Of a DNA stretch of 64,000 nucleotides, positions 1-21,438 are shown piece by piece (the stretch's first letter is position 1; each line of letters begins with the position of its first letter). The notes below the pieces were generated by a model, which did no database searches, was not told the DNA's origin, and saw nothing but the letters and a program-made list of their open reading frames with translations. The stretch lies in NCBI RefSeq assembly GCF_009914755.1, contig NC_060935.1, one strand, 5' to 3'. The stretch comes from the human T2T-CHM13v2.0 reference genome, Homo sapiens. Made by a program: the position numbers and the translations under genes.

Positions 1-386
<386 letters not shown>

Positions 387-1067
387 TCATTAGATATTAG
401 TATATTCCCATTTAACAGATGTGGAAATCAAGGCTTAGAAAGGCTGAAAGCACAGAACCAGTAACTTGCCTGGATTTAAACCCAGTTCTGCCTGACAAGT
501 ATTTTCAGTTACATAGGGTCTTATTTTAAGTCCTTCAGCCAAATTTGAACTTTTAAACCTTTATACATTAGAGTGCAACTGTGCTAAAAGATGTTCTTTA
601 GGAGATTTGATAATAAGCTGTGACTTTAGCTCTCATAGCTGACAGTACTTCAGTTCTAAAAATGTGCTTTATCTCTTTCTGATGCCCCAGAGAGTTGGTT
701 CCTCTTTCAGCACTTGACACATACCTCATGTCACTTAGTGCTCTGGGCTCGAATGATCTATTCATGTGGCAGTTCCTTTTCCCTCTGACAGTGCATTCCT
801 TCTGGATGGGGACTGTGTTCTTTGTTTCTTTAGCACCCACTACAAGGCCTGCCATATGGGAGACATTCAGTCATGATTGAAAGAATGACAGGTTCTTAAA
901 TATCACTATACAATCCAGTTGTGTGGTATACAGTTGCTAAATTAATGAAAGTCCTTTTAATGAATTAATTCAAAAACTATTGATTGAGCCTCTTCTTGCT
1001 ATGTGGTGAGCACTGCATTAGACATTCTGGGAGATATTAAGGGGAACCTCCTAGTTTCAGGGAACGT

Positions 1068-1092
1068 ACACACACACACACACACACACACA
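1068..1092. repeat. (CA)n microsatellite
   Basis: About 12 uninterrupted AC units. Confidence 0.95.
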
Positions 1093-1452
1093 GTGAATGC
1101 ACACATACATGCATGTACATACATACCGAGAGACATAATTATAACATAATGTGAAAGATAAACTGCAATTACAGCTCAAAGAGGCAGAGTAACATAGTAA
1201 TTTAGAGTAGTGCTTCTCAAAGTACCATTCCGAGAAGATGTCAGGAACTTATGCCAAAATGTACATTAATACTTGGTTTCCTTCATTAGGAGAGTCTTGA
1301 TATTAAGAAAAACTTGGCTGAATCAAGCGGTTTGTTTAGTGACTGGTTGCACATTTCTTGTCTGTCATGGACCAGTGACAATTAGGCTGTTCACTGGCAG
1401 CTTGTCTATGGACTACACTTGAAATAATATGTGGTTAAGAGTACAAGCTCTG

Positions 1453-2553
1453 CCCACAGAATGGGAGAAAATATTTGCAAGCTATCTAGCTGACAAGGGA
1501 TTAATAACCAGAATATATAAGGAGCTCAAACAACTCTATAGCAAAAAAAAAAAAAAAAAAAAAAAATCTAATAATCTAATTTAAAAATCGACAAAAGATC
1601 TGAATAGACGTTTCTTAAAAGATGTACAGATGGCAAACAGGCCTATGAAAAAGTGCTCAACATCACTGATCGTCAGAGAAATGCAAATCAAAACTACAGT
1701 GAGATATCATCTCATCATGGCTTTTATCCAAAAGACAGGCAATAACAAATGTTGACGAGGATGTGGAGAAAAAGGAACCTTTATACACTGTTGATGGGAT
1801 TGAAAATTAGTACAACCATTATGGAGAACAGTTTGGAAGTTCCTCAAAAAACTAAAAATTGAGCTACCATATGATCTAGCAATCTCACTGCTAGGTATAA
1901 ACTCCAAAGAAAGAAAATCAGTATATCGAAAAGTTATCTGCACTCCCGTATTTATTGCAGCACTATTCACAATAGCCAAGATTTGGAAGCAACCGGAGTG
2001 TCTGTCAACAGGTGAATGGATAAAGAAAATGTACATGTATACAATAGAGTAGTATTCACCCATAAAAATGAATGACATCCTGTCATTTGCAACAACATAG
2101 ATGGAACTGGAGGTTATTATGTTAAGTGAAATAAGCCAGGCACAAAAAAGACAAACATTGCATGTTGTCATTTATTTGTGGGTGCTAAAATTAAAATCAA
2201 TTGAACTCAGAGATAGAGAGTAGTCTGATGGTTACCAGAGGCTGGGAAGGGCAGTGGGGGCTGGGGGAGAAGTGGGGATGGTTAATGGGTATCAAAAATA
2301 GAAAGATTGAATAAGATCTAATATTTGATAGCACAACAGGGTGACTATAGTTGATAATTTAATTGTACATTTACAAATAACTAAAAGAGTATAGTTGGAT
2401 TGTTTGTAGCACAAAGGATAAATGCTTGAGATGATGGATATCCCATTTACCCTGATGAGATTCTTATGCATTGTATGCCTGTATCAAAATATCCCATATA
2501 CCCTATAAATATATATACCTGCTATGGACCCACAAAAATTAAACATTAAAAAA
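1453..2553 (+). mobile_element. 5'-truncated old L1 (L1MA-type ORF2 end + 3'UTR) inserted into a MIR
   Basis: L1 ORF2 3' motifs (GAATGGGAGAAAATATTTGCA; ATGCAAATCAAAACTACA), L1MA-like 3' end and A tail; perfect 16-bp TSD AAGAGTACAAGCTCTG at 1437-1452 and 2554-2569. Confidence 0.9.
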
Positions 2554-3138
<585 letters not shown>

Positions 3139-3436
3139 GAGATAGCTTCTTAAAGGTTGATGGCAAAGAACATTAAATGTCAATCACAGAATGTTACTAT
3201 CATACCTACAGTGGGTCAGTCAGTTCCTTGGAATAGTGTTTGAAATTTTTAGGACTCTTTACAGATGCTGCTTTTATAGTGAAGGGCACTGAATTTCCTG
3301 CTTTTCATCAACTAACCACGGAATTGCTGTTTTCCCTTTGGCTTTTACTTTTTGCCACATAGCTAAGTTTCTGGTTCCCCCACAGTTGGTGTGTTCACAT
3401 AAGATTAGGGTCATTTTAGAAGGAATAGTTTCAATG

Positions 3437-3772
<336 letters not shown>

Positions 3773-4543
3773 TAGTTTATTTTACATCTGGCTAAGTGGT
3801 CAGTGCTGCATGGTTGTATACTCCTGGATTATAGATTAAAAGACTATCTAGTCCAAAAACAAACAACCAACCAAAACACTTTCTTTAAAAAACTCAGCTG
3901 TAATGCCCTGGCTGCATTTGAGTGAAAGCAGGAAGGCAGTTACATTTGTTGAGCACCTACTATCAGTGAGGCACTCTGAACAAGCTAAGTACATTTTTTT
4001 GTGTATTAGTAGATCAACGTATCAAAGCTGGAGCCAAACTGCCTGAGTTTTCTTGCTCCACTGCATTCTTACTGTATGACATTGGGGCAGTTTGCTCAAC
4101 CTCTTTGTGTCTTGGTTTCCTCAACTGTAAAATGGGGTTACTAAAAGCACCTACCTTAAAAGGCTACAGTGAAAATTAAGGGAGCTATTATATATAATGT
4201 ACATAGAACTATGTCCAGCAACTGTTGGCTGCTATTATTATTACTATTACTATTATTATTATTATAGAAGCTTGCCCTATTCCTACACCTAATAAGTGGC
4301 AAGTTCTGGAGTTAAACCTACTTTTTTTCCTAATTCTCTATTCTTCTAACCGGTTCTCCACACAGCATTTATGGTGATCTTTCTAGATGGAAATATGATT
4401 ATGTCACTCTTCTGCTTGAAATGCTTTGATGGCTTCCCACTCCCGTAGGATCACAATAAAAGTTTCTCATGTAGCTTCCTAGGTGCTCCAGGGCCTGCCT
4501 TGCCTCTCTTCACACTTCCCTCCCCACCTCCCTCTACCTCTAG

Positions 4544-4935
<392 letters not shown>

Positions 4936-6286
4936 CTTTATTTATTTATTTATTTTTGTTTTCTTACATGTCATCTTGAATGTTACTTCTTCAGGAAACC
5001 TCATTAAGTTAGATCTTTATGTTATATATTTAGAAGAAGTAAAAGGTATTTAACTGCTCTTTCATAACATGCACTTCTTGCTCTTGTAATTACTTGACTA
5101 TTATTGGTCTTTTCTATTAGACTCTAAGCTTTGTAAGGCAAGGACTATTTCTGTCTTCATTAGTGGCCTAACCCTAAGATCTTGCCAAGTACCTGACACA
5201 CAGTAGGCACTGAATACAGACTTGTTGATTTGGATTGAATTCTAACAGGCATGGCGGACATGATTCCTAGAACAGCAGGATGAATGATATGCTGCTTTTT
5301 GCCTCTTTGCTGGCTCTTTGCTCCAAACAGCTCAGAGCATAAAGAGCTGTTTGTTTTTAGCAACTCAATTCTCTGCATTGATTGAGGTTTTCAGACTGTG
5401 GTATTGTTAGGCAATCTCACTACCCAGCCTTTCAGAGATGAAATTATTTTCTTCTGATTTTCATTTCATCTTAATCCATTTTTCCTTGGGGGAGGGTGGG
5501 TAGGGATGATTGCCATGACCTTGAGATGGAATTGGGCTAGACAGCAGGATGCCAGCTTTTGTTCTCTAAGTGGTTTGCACTGCTGCAGCTACAACTCACC
5601 CAGAAGGAGAGGCAAAGAAGAGGCCTCTCATGTGGGTCCCTTAATTTGCCTGCATCCTTTGCTGAGCAGCTGCCTGAGGAGATGGAAATCTCACTCATCT
5701 GGGAGCAGCTTCCAAGCCTGAAGTTGAACCAGCCCCTGTGCTCTGCTAAGAGTAAAAGCATCACTCAGCATCACTCACTATGAGGCTGCTCTTCTGTTTT
5801 TAAAAAATCTACTTACATTTTTAAAAATTGAGATATAACTTGTATAAAGTGAAGCTCCCCAGCACCCTAGCAGACTTCCTTTTGTCCCTTTCTTGGCAAT
5901 ACTTCCCCTAAATAGCATTATTTTGTCATGTTAGATTGACTCGTGAAATTAAATTCCTTCATTTATTTCCTTCCATTTTACTGTCTGATCATCAAAGCAA
6001 TGTTTATTGCAGAAAATTTGGAAGGTACAAAATAGTGTAGACAAAAAATAAAAAATAAAAAAATAAAAAAACCCATACGTACTTTTACATACTTAAAGGC
6101 CTGTTCTACATCTTGATAAATCACTACCTCCTGTGAGGCTTTCCCTGAGCCCCCCTTTCCGCCCCTTCTTGTCCCTATAGTATTCGGCACATACCTATTA
6201 TTGCCTTTGTCTTACTGTAGTACAATGTTTATATACTTACTTATCTCTTTAAAACACTCACAGTGAGCTCCTTGAAAGCATAGACC

Positions 6287-7034
<748 letters not shown>

Positions 7035-7645
7035 TGCATAGACTTCTTTGCCCATCAGGGTGCCTAGAACAGAGCAGGCTGTTAGTAAATATTTGTTGAG
7101 TGAATGAGTAAACAAATCAATGAAATCTTGCTGAAGTAAGTGTTAAAGAATAAAACCCATTATTAGTGGCAGGAATGGACAATTCCCACTTTAGTCAGTC
7201 CTATCTGCAGAATGCCAAAAAAGAAAAATAGTATTTTAGGGTGTTTTTATTTTTCTGAAACACAATTATTTCACTTGAACATCCATAAGAAGTCTATGAT
7301 TGTATCCCCATTTTTTTATGTTGGAAAGTTATTACTGTATTTGAATCAGAAGAAGAGGAGATCAGAGATAATGCTGAAAAGCAGGAGGGATGTTATTTAG
7401 AAAGACTACCTGAAAGAATTTGCAATATCTTGCATTTACTGACCTTATGCCAGGCAATTACTTATGTAATCTCATTTAATCATTACAACAACTCTGTGAA
7501 TTAGGTATTATTATTTTCAATTTATAGCAGAAAAATGGAGACTCAGAAACCTGAATTCCCAAATTCAAATAGGTAATAATTGGCAGAGCCAATATTTAAC
7601 TCCAGGACTGACTGTCATGTCTCTAGTCCATTTTCCATTACTTCT

Positions 7646-7723
7646 AAACTCCTGATCTTGTGATCCACCCGCATCGGCCTCCCAAAGTGCTGAGATTACA
7701 GGCGTGAGCCACCGCGCCTGGCC
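7646..7723 (-). mobile_element. Tailless Alu 5' fragment
   Basis: Only the first ~78 nt of an Alu; flanked by ATTACTTCTAAACT / ATTACACTAAACT. Confidence 0.8.
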
Positions 7724-8140
7724 TATTACACTAAACTTCTTTTGTAGAGGTCCACCTATAGAGGGCCATGCCCCTTGCTATTAAGTGATGATTTTGTGAC
7801 ACATGAAAATTTAGGAATCTTATTTCATTTATCTTCAGTTTGATGAACTTTTTGATAAGATGAACACAACACTACTACCATATTTCCATGTAGCCATTAG
7901 TCCAGTCTTATCTCATTAATACACCAGTCTTCACAATTCTCTGTTGATAATAGGCCTAGATGGTTATCTTGTTTATACATGAAGAAACTGAGGCCCAGAG
8001 GGGGAATGACTTACCTAAGTAAATATTGCTAATAAGTAGCAGGACCAACACTTGACTCCATGTTCCGTGTTATTTTCACTGCAACACGTAGACTTGCTGA
8101 AGCTGATTTTAGTAAGCATAAACTCTATAATCTGGGAGAA

Positions 8141-8314
8141 GTTGCCCCTCAGGGGGAAATTAACAATGTTTGGAGGTAGTTTTGACTGTGACCACTTGGG
8201 GTATACTACAGATACCCAGTGGGTAGAGGGATGTATATGGATGTGTAGGTCAGCCCCTACAACAAAGAATTATCTGGTCTAAAATGTCAGTAGCACTGAG
8301 GTTGAGAAATCCTG
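8141..8314 (+). mobile_element. MER20-like hAT DNA transposon remnant
   Basis: CAGCCCCTACAACAAAGAATTATCTGGTCTAAAATGTCAGTAGCACTGAGGTTGAGAAATCCTG resembles the MER20 end. Confidence 0.75.
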
Positions 8315-8404
8315 TTCTAGAACAGTTAATTTTCATGCCTTATTTCTCCAGAACAGATTAAATACCCAAGGTTAGCCTCCAAAGCATACCTAGTGATGAG
8401 CTTG

Positions 8405-8728
8405 ATTCTTTTTTCTTTTTCTTTTCTTTTCTTTCTTTTTTTTTTTTTGAGACAAGGTCTTCCTCTGTTGCCCATGCTGGAGTGCAGTGGCGCAATCTTG
8501 GCTCACTGCATCCTTGACCTCCTGTGTTCAAACAATCTGCCCACCTCAGCCTCCTGAGTAGCTGGGACTACAGGTGTGTGCCACCACACCTAGCTAATTT
8601 TTGTATATTTGTAGAGACAGGGTCTTACTGTGTTGCCCAGGCTGGTCTTGAATTCCTGAGCTCAAGCCATCCAGCTGCCCTGGCCTCCCAAATTGCTGGG
8701 ATTACAGGTGTGCGCCACCACATCTGGT
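8405..8728 (-). mobile_element. AluJ
   Basis: Diverged Alu with J-type TCCTGAGCTCAAG. Confidence 0.85.
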
Positions 8729-9035
8729 CACTTGATTCTTTTAGAATGGGCCATTCTTCAGTAGCAACAAATTATTTATTATTAATCACCAGGTTTTATT
8801 CGGAGTATTGTATTTTTTTTTTGGAGTATTAAGTATGATTAGAGATGCAGAACTGCATTAAACATGGTGTATTTGCTTAGGGAGTTTTGAAGCAGGTAAG
8901 AGGGATCTAGTTACTTTGCTCCTGGTTGCAGATAAGCATCCCCTACATTCCGGGAACTATTGCATGCCATAGTGGCTATACTCATGGACTACTATGATTG
9001 AAGTGGCTGCTGGCTTCAGTGAACACTCACTATAG

Positions 9036-9176
<141 letters not shown>

Positions 9177-9839
9177 TAAAAAATGTATTTGCTTCTCCTG
9201 GTTCTTTTCTCTGTCCACTTTTTCACTTTCTATTATGCTCTTTTCTTTTCTTTCTTGAATAATAGTGTTCTCCAGGTTCAGTTCTTGATGCCTCCATCTC
9301 TCCTTTTATAATACCTTCCCCCTATGCAGTCTCATTCATTCCTTAGGCCTCAGTGATCATCATTTAATACTGATAACCCCCAGATGTATATATCTCCAGT
9401 CCTGATCTGTTGGCTGAGGCTTGAAACTTGATACCCAGTTGTCTACTGGCCTTCTCGACTTGGATGTTCCACAGGAGTCCTCCCTGCACTCTGTCTATGC
9501 AAAATTAGTTGTAGAGGGACTGATTTTCCTCTTTTTCTGTAATCCTCCCCACCTTTGAGCCTAATGTGTCACCCTTCTTTGTCCTCTGATATCCATTCAT
9601 TCACCAAATTCTATAGCTTCTACCTCCTAAAAATCTTTCAGATTCATCCACTTCACTTTACCCCCATAACAAGTGATCATGTCATTTTCCCGCTTGAAAC
9701 CCCTCAGTGGCTGCCTTCCTTTGATCTCTAGCAGTTGTCCTCTTTTCTTCCTGCAGATAATGATGGGTGCCAACCACACCACCATGAGAGTACCCAGAGG
9801 TATAAAAAATTCACAGCTTCCCAGCTTTAACATCATCCC

Positions 9840-10235
9840 CCTTTGAATAAGAGCATTAATTGATATATAATGGACATATCATACAATTTACCAATTTGAA
9901 GTATACAATAAAAACGGTTTTTAGTATAGCCAAAGAGTTATGCAACCATCCCCACAATCAATTTTAGAACATTTTCCTCACCCTAAAAGAAACCGTGTAC
10001 TCATTAGCAGTCACTCCTCTTTCTTGGTCGCCCTAACCCCTTGCAGCCACTAATCTACTTTCTATCTCTATGGATTTATCTCTTCATTTAAATGGAATTG
10101 TACATTAAATGGCCTTTTGTGTCAGACTTCTTTCATTTAGCGTAATGTTTTCAAGGTTCATCTCTGTTGTATTGGTACTTCATTCCTTTTTATTGCCAAA
10201 TAATATTCCATGGTATAGGCATCACCCTTTTTTGA
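9840..10235 (-). mobile_element. Old L1M 3'-end fragment
   Basis: CAACCATCCCCACAATCAATTTTAGAACATTTTC...CACTAATCTACTTTCTATCTCTATGGATTT L1MB/MC-type motifs. Confidence 0.75.
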
Positions 10236-10504
10236 TCCACTGAAGGAACATATCAGCAAGGTAATAAAATGAATATTAAATTTAAGTCTAAATATGCTAA
10301 TTTAAAAAATAACTAAGTACAATCTTTGGCTTTTTAAATATTATCAGGATTAAATTATTTATAATATATCCTGTGACAGATCTGACATGCCAGAAGCCCA
10401 TAGAATAGTTTGAATGCTTTAGGTTGGTACTCAGGTGCCTTCATGATTCTCCTCCTGCTTTTCCTCTTCACAGCCCATTTACTCCAGCCACACGTGGAGC
10501 TAGT

Positions 10505-12065
<1,561 letters not shown>

Positions 12066-12245
12066 CTTTAAAACCTCTTGGTCCAGTAATGACATCTAAT
12101 GCCCACAGGAGCAGATATTGGCAGTGAACATCTCAGCACCTTGGCAGATGGCAGGAGAAATCCTGTAGAGGCCAGCTCAGAAACCAGTTTTGGTGTTAAT
12201 CTTCCACGCTTGGGCTCTCCAGACTCTACTGGAGCTGGCATTTGA

Positions 12246-12491
<246 letters not shown>

Positions 12492-13444
12492 TAGAAAGAA
12501 CAGAGAAATGTGGATAATGTGACCTAAATAATAATCAGAAAAGTTGTACACTCTGATGACACTGTGATCATTAGTCCAGCTTCTGAGGCATCAGGGATGA
12601 TGCTTTGTGGCCTATGAGTGCTGACTTTGAGCACAGCATCCTGATGTTGGTGGTGAGCCTATGAGGCCCCAGAATTCTCTCCTGTCAGGCAGTTGCGTGG
12701 AAGAAAGAACATGGGTTAAGATAGTATATGGTGTAATAAATCAGAACACAAATAGGAAAATATATGTTAGAGAAAAGGTTCCTGGATCTTCAAGGCTTGA
12801 CTGTAGCTTGACTGAATATATTTCATAAAGAATGCTAGTCAATAGAATGTTTGGTCAGGCATGGAAAACTTGGAGAACATTAGGAGTCTTAGCCTAAATA
12901 CTGAGTATTTGGGTCCAGTTGCCAAGATGATCCTTCTTATGACACAGATGTATGAGGTCATCTTAGATTGGTACCATTTGCTCCATCCAGCTCTGCTTGT
13001 TCTGAGTCCATCCTTGTCAAGCTTCTTCTGGTTGGTATTTGGGTTTCATACAGATCTGGGGACAGAGACAGCATGTGCTGGTCATGCTGCCTTAAAACAG
13101 TCCAATCCCTGTTTGTTTTATTTCCTATGTAAATAATTTTGGTATTCTCTCTCTCTCTCTCAAATGCTTCTATTGTGATAGTTATAGCATTTTGACATTA
13201 AATCTTCATATATCTGTCTTTTCTAACCAGACTATAAGTTCACTGAAAGCAAGGAGGAAGTCTGATTCAAGTTTGAATCCCCAGTATCTAATATAAGTCT
13301 GCTACATAGTAGATAATAAAAGTTACTTGAATCTGAATGATTCTCTACAGAGCTGGTTCAAGGGCCCTTTTTGGATGCTGTGCATATCTGGGTAACTAAA
13401 AGCTCTGCAGTAATTACCGCTTATTTTCTTTTTCTTCTCCTTAG

Positions 13445-13519
13445 CACACTGAAGAAGACTTCAAGGGACGATTCAAAGCTCGACCAGAACTGGAAGAACT
13501 GTTGGCCAAGTTGAAGTAG
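13445..13519 (+). CDS. MRPL48: MRPL48 last coding exon HTEEDFKGRFKARPELEELLAKLK*
   Basis: Long pyrimidine tract ending ccttag at 13444; TAG at 13517-13519; matches the mL48 C-terminus as I recall it. Confidence 0.96.
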   Translation, partial: HTEEDFKGRFKARPELEELLAKLK

Positions 13520-13729
13520 CTACTGTAGACCCTTTCATGCCAGCAGTGGTCATATTGAGTGCCAAAGAGAAGAGCTTACTGGGTAGTTAGAGTTCATCAG
13601 GAGACCCAACCCTTAGATTTCATAAGTACCCATTCCCATAGCCAGTAATGTCCTCACTCCTCTGTGGCTTGGCTGTACTTGCCATTTCTTACCACTTACC
13701 TATGAGGTAATGCTTGTTATCTTCCATCT

Positions 13730-13735
13730 AATAAA
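13730..13735 (+). terminator. MRPL48: MRPL48 poly(A) signal AATAAA
   Basis: AATAAA ~210 nt after the stop, followed by a GT-rich downstream element (TGTGTATATGTATGTGTGTGTG). Confidence 0.8.
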
Positions 13736-13808
13736 AATCTGCTGCAGATGTGTATATGTATGTGTGTGTGAGAGAGAGAAATTGGCCCATCCTGTGGAGT
13801 ATCTTTAA

Positions 13809-14413
<605 letters not shown>

Positions 14414-14761
14414 AGATTCTATTTTCTCTTTGCCTGATGCTTTAGCACAGAAGCATGTTCCCCTTCCGTATTTCTCCAACTAGAGTGAACTCATCCTTTA
14501 AAGCAATCTGGCATGGTGTCCTGTAGTGAAGCAGAGGATCATAACATAAGTAAACTCTCTATGGGTGGAAGTTGGAGAGAAGGACATTTTGGCTTTGTAC
14601 ATGAAAAGACTCTCCAGATAGAAACAGATTCTGCCCATAAGTGAAATAAAATGCTTTGTGGGGGTAATGAGTGACTTATAGTATTCAGGCAGATGTTACA
14701 TAACTGCTAATTAAGTTTCCCTGGATTGAGTTTAAGCAAAGAATTGAAAGTTGATTTTGGT

Positions 14762-15510
<749 letters not shown>

Positions 15511-16511
15511 GTATTGCCTCTATATCATATGGGCAATGGGCAGTGTCACATGTTTTCCATTTGGAAACCTGGAAAAAACAGTCTTTTCCAGTTGCTCAGC
15601 TGTTATCAATATGTGGAAGCAGGAATCAGGATTTCATAAACTGACAAGATAGTGGAGCTTAAGGACTTTAGGATGCAGCCAACCTAATTGTCTCTTTTAG
15701 CTAGTACAGGTTAGGGGCCCATAGAGGGCAATCCTTTGCCCAAGGTCATGGGATATGTCACTGGAAAAGGGCAGCAGGATTTAAATCTCTTGATTCCTAG
15801 TCCATCTTTTTCTATCACATCACTCAGGGATGAGTCAGGCTTCTTACACAGGAGGCAGCTGGATTCTGTCACCTTGGAGCTCTTGTGTCACTGACCTAGC
15901 TGATGATTTATCCTCTCGCCAGAGTCAGAGAACTTTTGTTGCTCATGATTAGTTTGCCCTGAGACAAAGGGAAATTACTCTTAATGCCTTATCCTGGTAA
16001 GAGGGACTGGAGATACTCTGATTGCCAGAACCTCAGGGTTACAAAACAACTGTGAGCTTTGACTCTTCTGGAGGGAGGTCCAGAAGGAAATGGATGTTCT
16101 TAGGATCACATGGCAGTGAAACCAAACGGAACACAAGTCTTCTGGCTCCAGGCTGAAAATACCTTCCCTTCCCTCCCTGAGACAACCTGCTAAAGGAAAA
16201 GAGGCAAACAAACCTGGGTTGTGCTGGCTTCCACATTTATTCATTTTGAAGCTGAGTTATTCTGGCCTCATTGAACCTCAGATTTCTGATCTGAAGAGTG
16301 AGGATAATCCCTTTTTAGGGATTTGAGATGGAGATAATATAAATATAATGAGCTAGTAATGCTCAGTAAATGTTGTATTTCCTTCCCTTCTAAAACTTCT
16401 TTGGCATACTCTTAAAAGATTTTTTTCATTGAGGTATAATTTATATATAGTGACACATAGATCTTCAGTGTACATTTGATCAATTCTGAAAATACATCTA
16501 CCTACCCATGA

Positions 16512-16778
<267 letters not shown>

Positions 16779-17429
16779 TAATTTTTTATTTTTAGTTTCA
16801 CCATGTTGGCCAGGCTGCTCTCAAACTGGCTGGTCTCGAACTCCTGACCTTGTGATCTGCCGGCCTCGGCCTCCCAAAGTGTTGGGATTACAGGCATGAG
16901 CCACCGCACCCGGCCATCTTTCACATTTTCCCCAAGAAGTCACGACTAACGTCGTTTCTACCGCCATAGATTAGTTTTGCCTATCTAGTACTACATATAA
17001 ATGAAATATCATACAGTATGTATTCTCTTGTGCCTGACTTCATCCATTTAGCATAATGTTTTATCCCTTGTGTTCCATTATCAGTAGTTCATTCCTTCAG
17101 CATGCTTTTAGTTTTGAATATCCTAGTTGGGGTTAAATTATGCCTAGTAGTGCCATGAAATCACAAGGGATAGGTAGGAGAGAAGAAGGAATGTCAGTGG
17201 ATTGGGAATCAGAATAAATGGGTTCTAATCCTGGCTCTATCAATACATAACCTTGGGGATAAACTATTTTGGTCTTCATTTTACAAATGTGTTAACTGGC
17301 CCAGGGAGAGAAAGAGACTTGTCTAAGGTCACCTAGTTAGCCAGTGGCAGAGCCAAGGATGGTTTAAGGTCACACAATTCCTGGTTGAGTGCATATTACT
17401 GAGATTTTTAAAAAATGATTTTTATGTAG

Positions 17430-17659
<230 letters not shown>

Positions 17660-20031
17660 TGACCTCAGGTGATCCACCCGCCTTGGCCTCCCAAAGTGCT
17701 GGGATTACAGGCGTGAGCCACCATGCCTGGCCAGATCACTAACTTTCAAGAAGGATAGGATGCCTGGGTAAAATGGGCAGTTTTCCTAGTTGAGGCCAGC
17801 AGATTTCTCAGCTTCGTTTTCATCCCTTTCCTCTGGCTGAGGATGACTTGTTCCTCCACCATGGAATCCTGGGAATGGCCAGCTGTAGATTCTGAAAAGG
17901 TATGTTTTAGACACAGAGAAACAAATCTAGGTATTTTGGCCACTCAGATACTAGCAATGCTGAGGCCCCTGGGTCCCCTCTGTTTCTAGTGTACTTAAGG
18001 AAAGCTTTCTGAGCTTGTACTGGGTGTGCCTAGAACTAATCCTGATGGACAGACACTGGAGACAGAGGTGGCCAATGTGTCTTGTGCTTGTTTAATCTGT
18101 ACTTTGATCTCTTTGTGAAATTTTTGTTTTCACGTGTCTGATCTTCTTGCAGAATCTGAAATGATTCATTTGACTATAATAATCCCCGTGGAGTAACTTT
18201 CATTCTCAGACATTTCAGCTCATTTTAGGAAATCAGCTCACCATTTAGACAGAGTGCCCAGGATCTGAAGAATGAAAACTCTTCAAAAGATAGCTGCTGA
18301 CAGGGAGGAATCCCTGCTACTTCCTCTGCTTGCTTTAAGTCCTTGCTGAGCGAGGAGGGAGCCCCAGCATTTTCTACAGGAAAATTAAAGGATTCAATCT
18401 GGACTTGCTTCAGTTCTCTTTGGGTTTCTGAAGTCAGCAGCTCAAGGACTTAGTCTGGCAACTTTATGGAGAGAGGGTGGGAGGAGTATCTTCTTACTCA
18501 TCTAGTAAAACACATTGCAGTGCACCTTTGTACCGAGCACAAGGCCAAGTCCCCAGCCAAGGACCTTGAAAGGAAGGGCTAAGGCTAAACCATGAGTCTG
18601 CCCTAGGCCTAGCCAAGATAGGCATCAAGCCAAGAGGTCTCTCCACTCATCCCTGGCACCAAGCCTCTAAGCAGAGGCAACCCAAAGCTGCCAGAGTTAG
18701 ATCCTATAGGGACAGGTATGAAGCACCTTAAAGTTCAGCTCCTAGATTGTGGGCTGCAGAGCTGAGACTAAAGAAAAACATACCAAGCTATATCACTGTG
18801 GGCAACTTGCACTAATTAATTGCAAAAAGTTAATTTCCTTTTTGCAAAGTGCTGACAAAAGCAAAGTAATATTTACACAGTCAATGTGGTTACTCACTAC
18901 TGTGTGTTAAGCACTGTACTGGGCAACAGATGCTTGTGAGAGTAGAGTAGAAAACAGCCTAGGCTTTAGAGCAAGACATACTTGGAGTCTGATCCCCAGT
19001 CTGAGCTTTATTTCCTCATCTAAAGGAGAGTGAATGCCATGTTCAGAGGATTACAAATTAGATTAGATAATGTAACTCAGGACAGTCACTAGCACACATT
19101 AATAGTGATGATGGTAATAGCTAACGTTCACTGAACACTTACTATGTGCCAGATGCTGTTCCTAAGCTAAACCAATGTTTAACTCAATCTTTCAATAATC
19201 CTATGAGGAAGGCCTATATTCGTTTTGAGGCTTGTGAAAAAGGTACTATATATGCATTTTTACACAGGTAAAAACAGATCCTGGGATGTTAAATAACTTG
19301 TCCAAAGTCACAAAGCTAGTCAGTGGCGTAACTAGGATGTGAAGGTAGCACATCATTGGGATTGAGAGCAGGCTCTGGAACCAGATTGTCTCAGTTAAAT
19401 GCCCAATAAATTTTAACACTTTTTATTATTAGTTACGTATGTTTCATTCCCTCATTTATTTGGCTTATGACATATGAATTATCCCCATTTATCTGAGGGA
19501 ACAGGCTTGGATGGCAAGAGTCCTCTTTGCCTGATCAAATACGTTCTGTGACCCACCCCATGCTAACTCCCTATTAGAGCCAGTGTCCTTCAAAACATGC
19601 TTGCTCCACTTAGCTGGTCTGGAAGCCATCCTTCCTGCCAAAGAGGTCTTTTATGCTTCTCTCTGCTGCTATCACCCCCTCCTCCATAGCCTACTATTCT
19701 TTCTTACACAAAATACACGCATTCCTGTTATAAAAGATTTGAATACACAGCAAATAGAGTCCTTACTGATGGAAATTGACATTGGGACCATTTGTTTACT
19801 ATTATAAACAATGCTGCAATGAACCTAATAGTATGTATGTCTTATAAAAATACATTTCTGGCCAGGCACAGGGGCTCATGCCTGTAATCCCAACACCTTG
19901 AGAGGCTGAGGTGGGAGGATCACTTGAGCCCAGGAGTTTGAGACTACCCTGGGCAACATAGTGAGACCTCATCTCTACCAAAAACAAAAACAAAATTTCT
20001 CTTGATTATCCATGATATAGAGCATATTTAG

Positions 20032-20412
<381 letters not shown>

Positions 20413-20494
20413 TAATTCTGGATGGTAATCTTTTCTGTTATAATTTACAAATAGGTGATGTCTACTTCATCTTTATTATCTATTTATTTATTGA

Positions 20495-20656
<162 letters not shown>

Positions 20657-20984
20657 TAGCAGAGATGGGGTTTTGCCATGTTGGCCAGCCTGGTCTTGAA
20701 CTCCCGACCTCAAGTGAGCCACCATGCCTGGCCTACTTCAGCTTTAAAAGTTCAACTCAACTAATCTCTTCTCTTCTTTGAGATTCTTGCTGAAAACTCC
20801 AGTGCACACTGCTTGTTTCCTTTGATGAATCAGCACTGAGCACACACACATAGCGATTTGTCTTTATAATTTGCTGGTTATCCCCTTCAGCCAGAAATAG
20901 GATTGTTCTTTAAACTCCTACCTTCTCCCCTTTTCTCTTTACTTCTTCCCCAAATACTGGCATGAAGGTTCAAAGTAAATTTTA

Positions 20985-21438
<454 letters not shown>

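Noticed and set aside
1707-2171. 154-aa minus-strand ORF
   Set aside because: Antisense reading of the L1 ORF2/3'UTR remnant; no independent coding signal.
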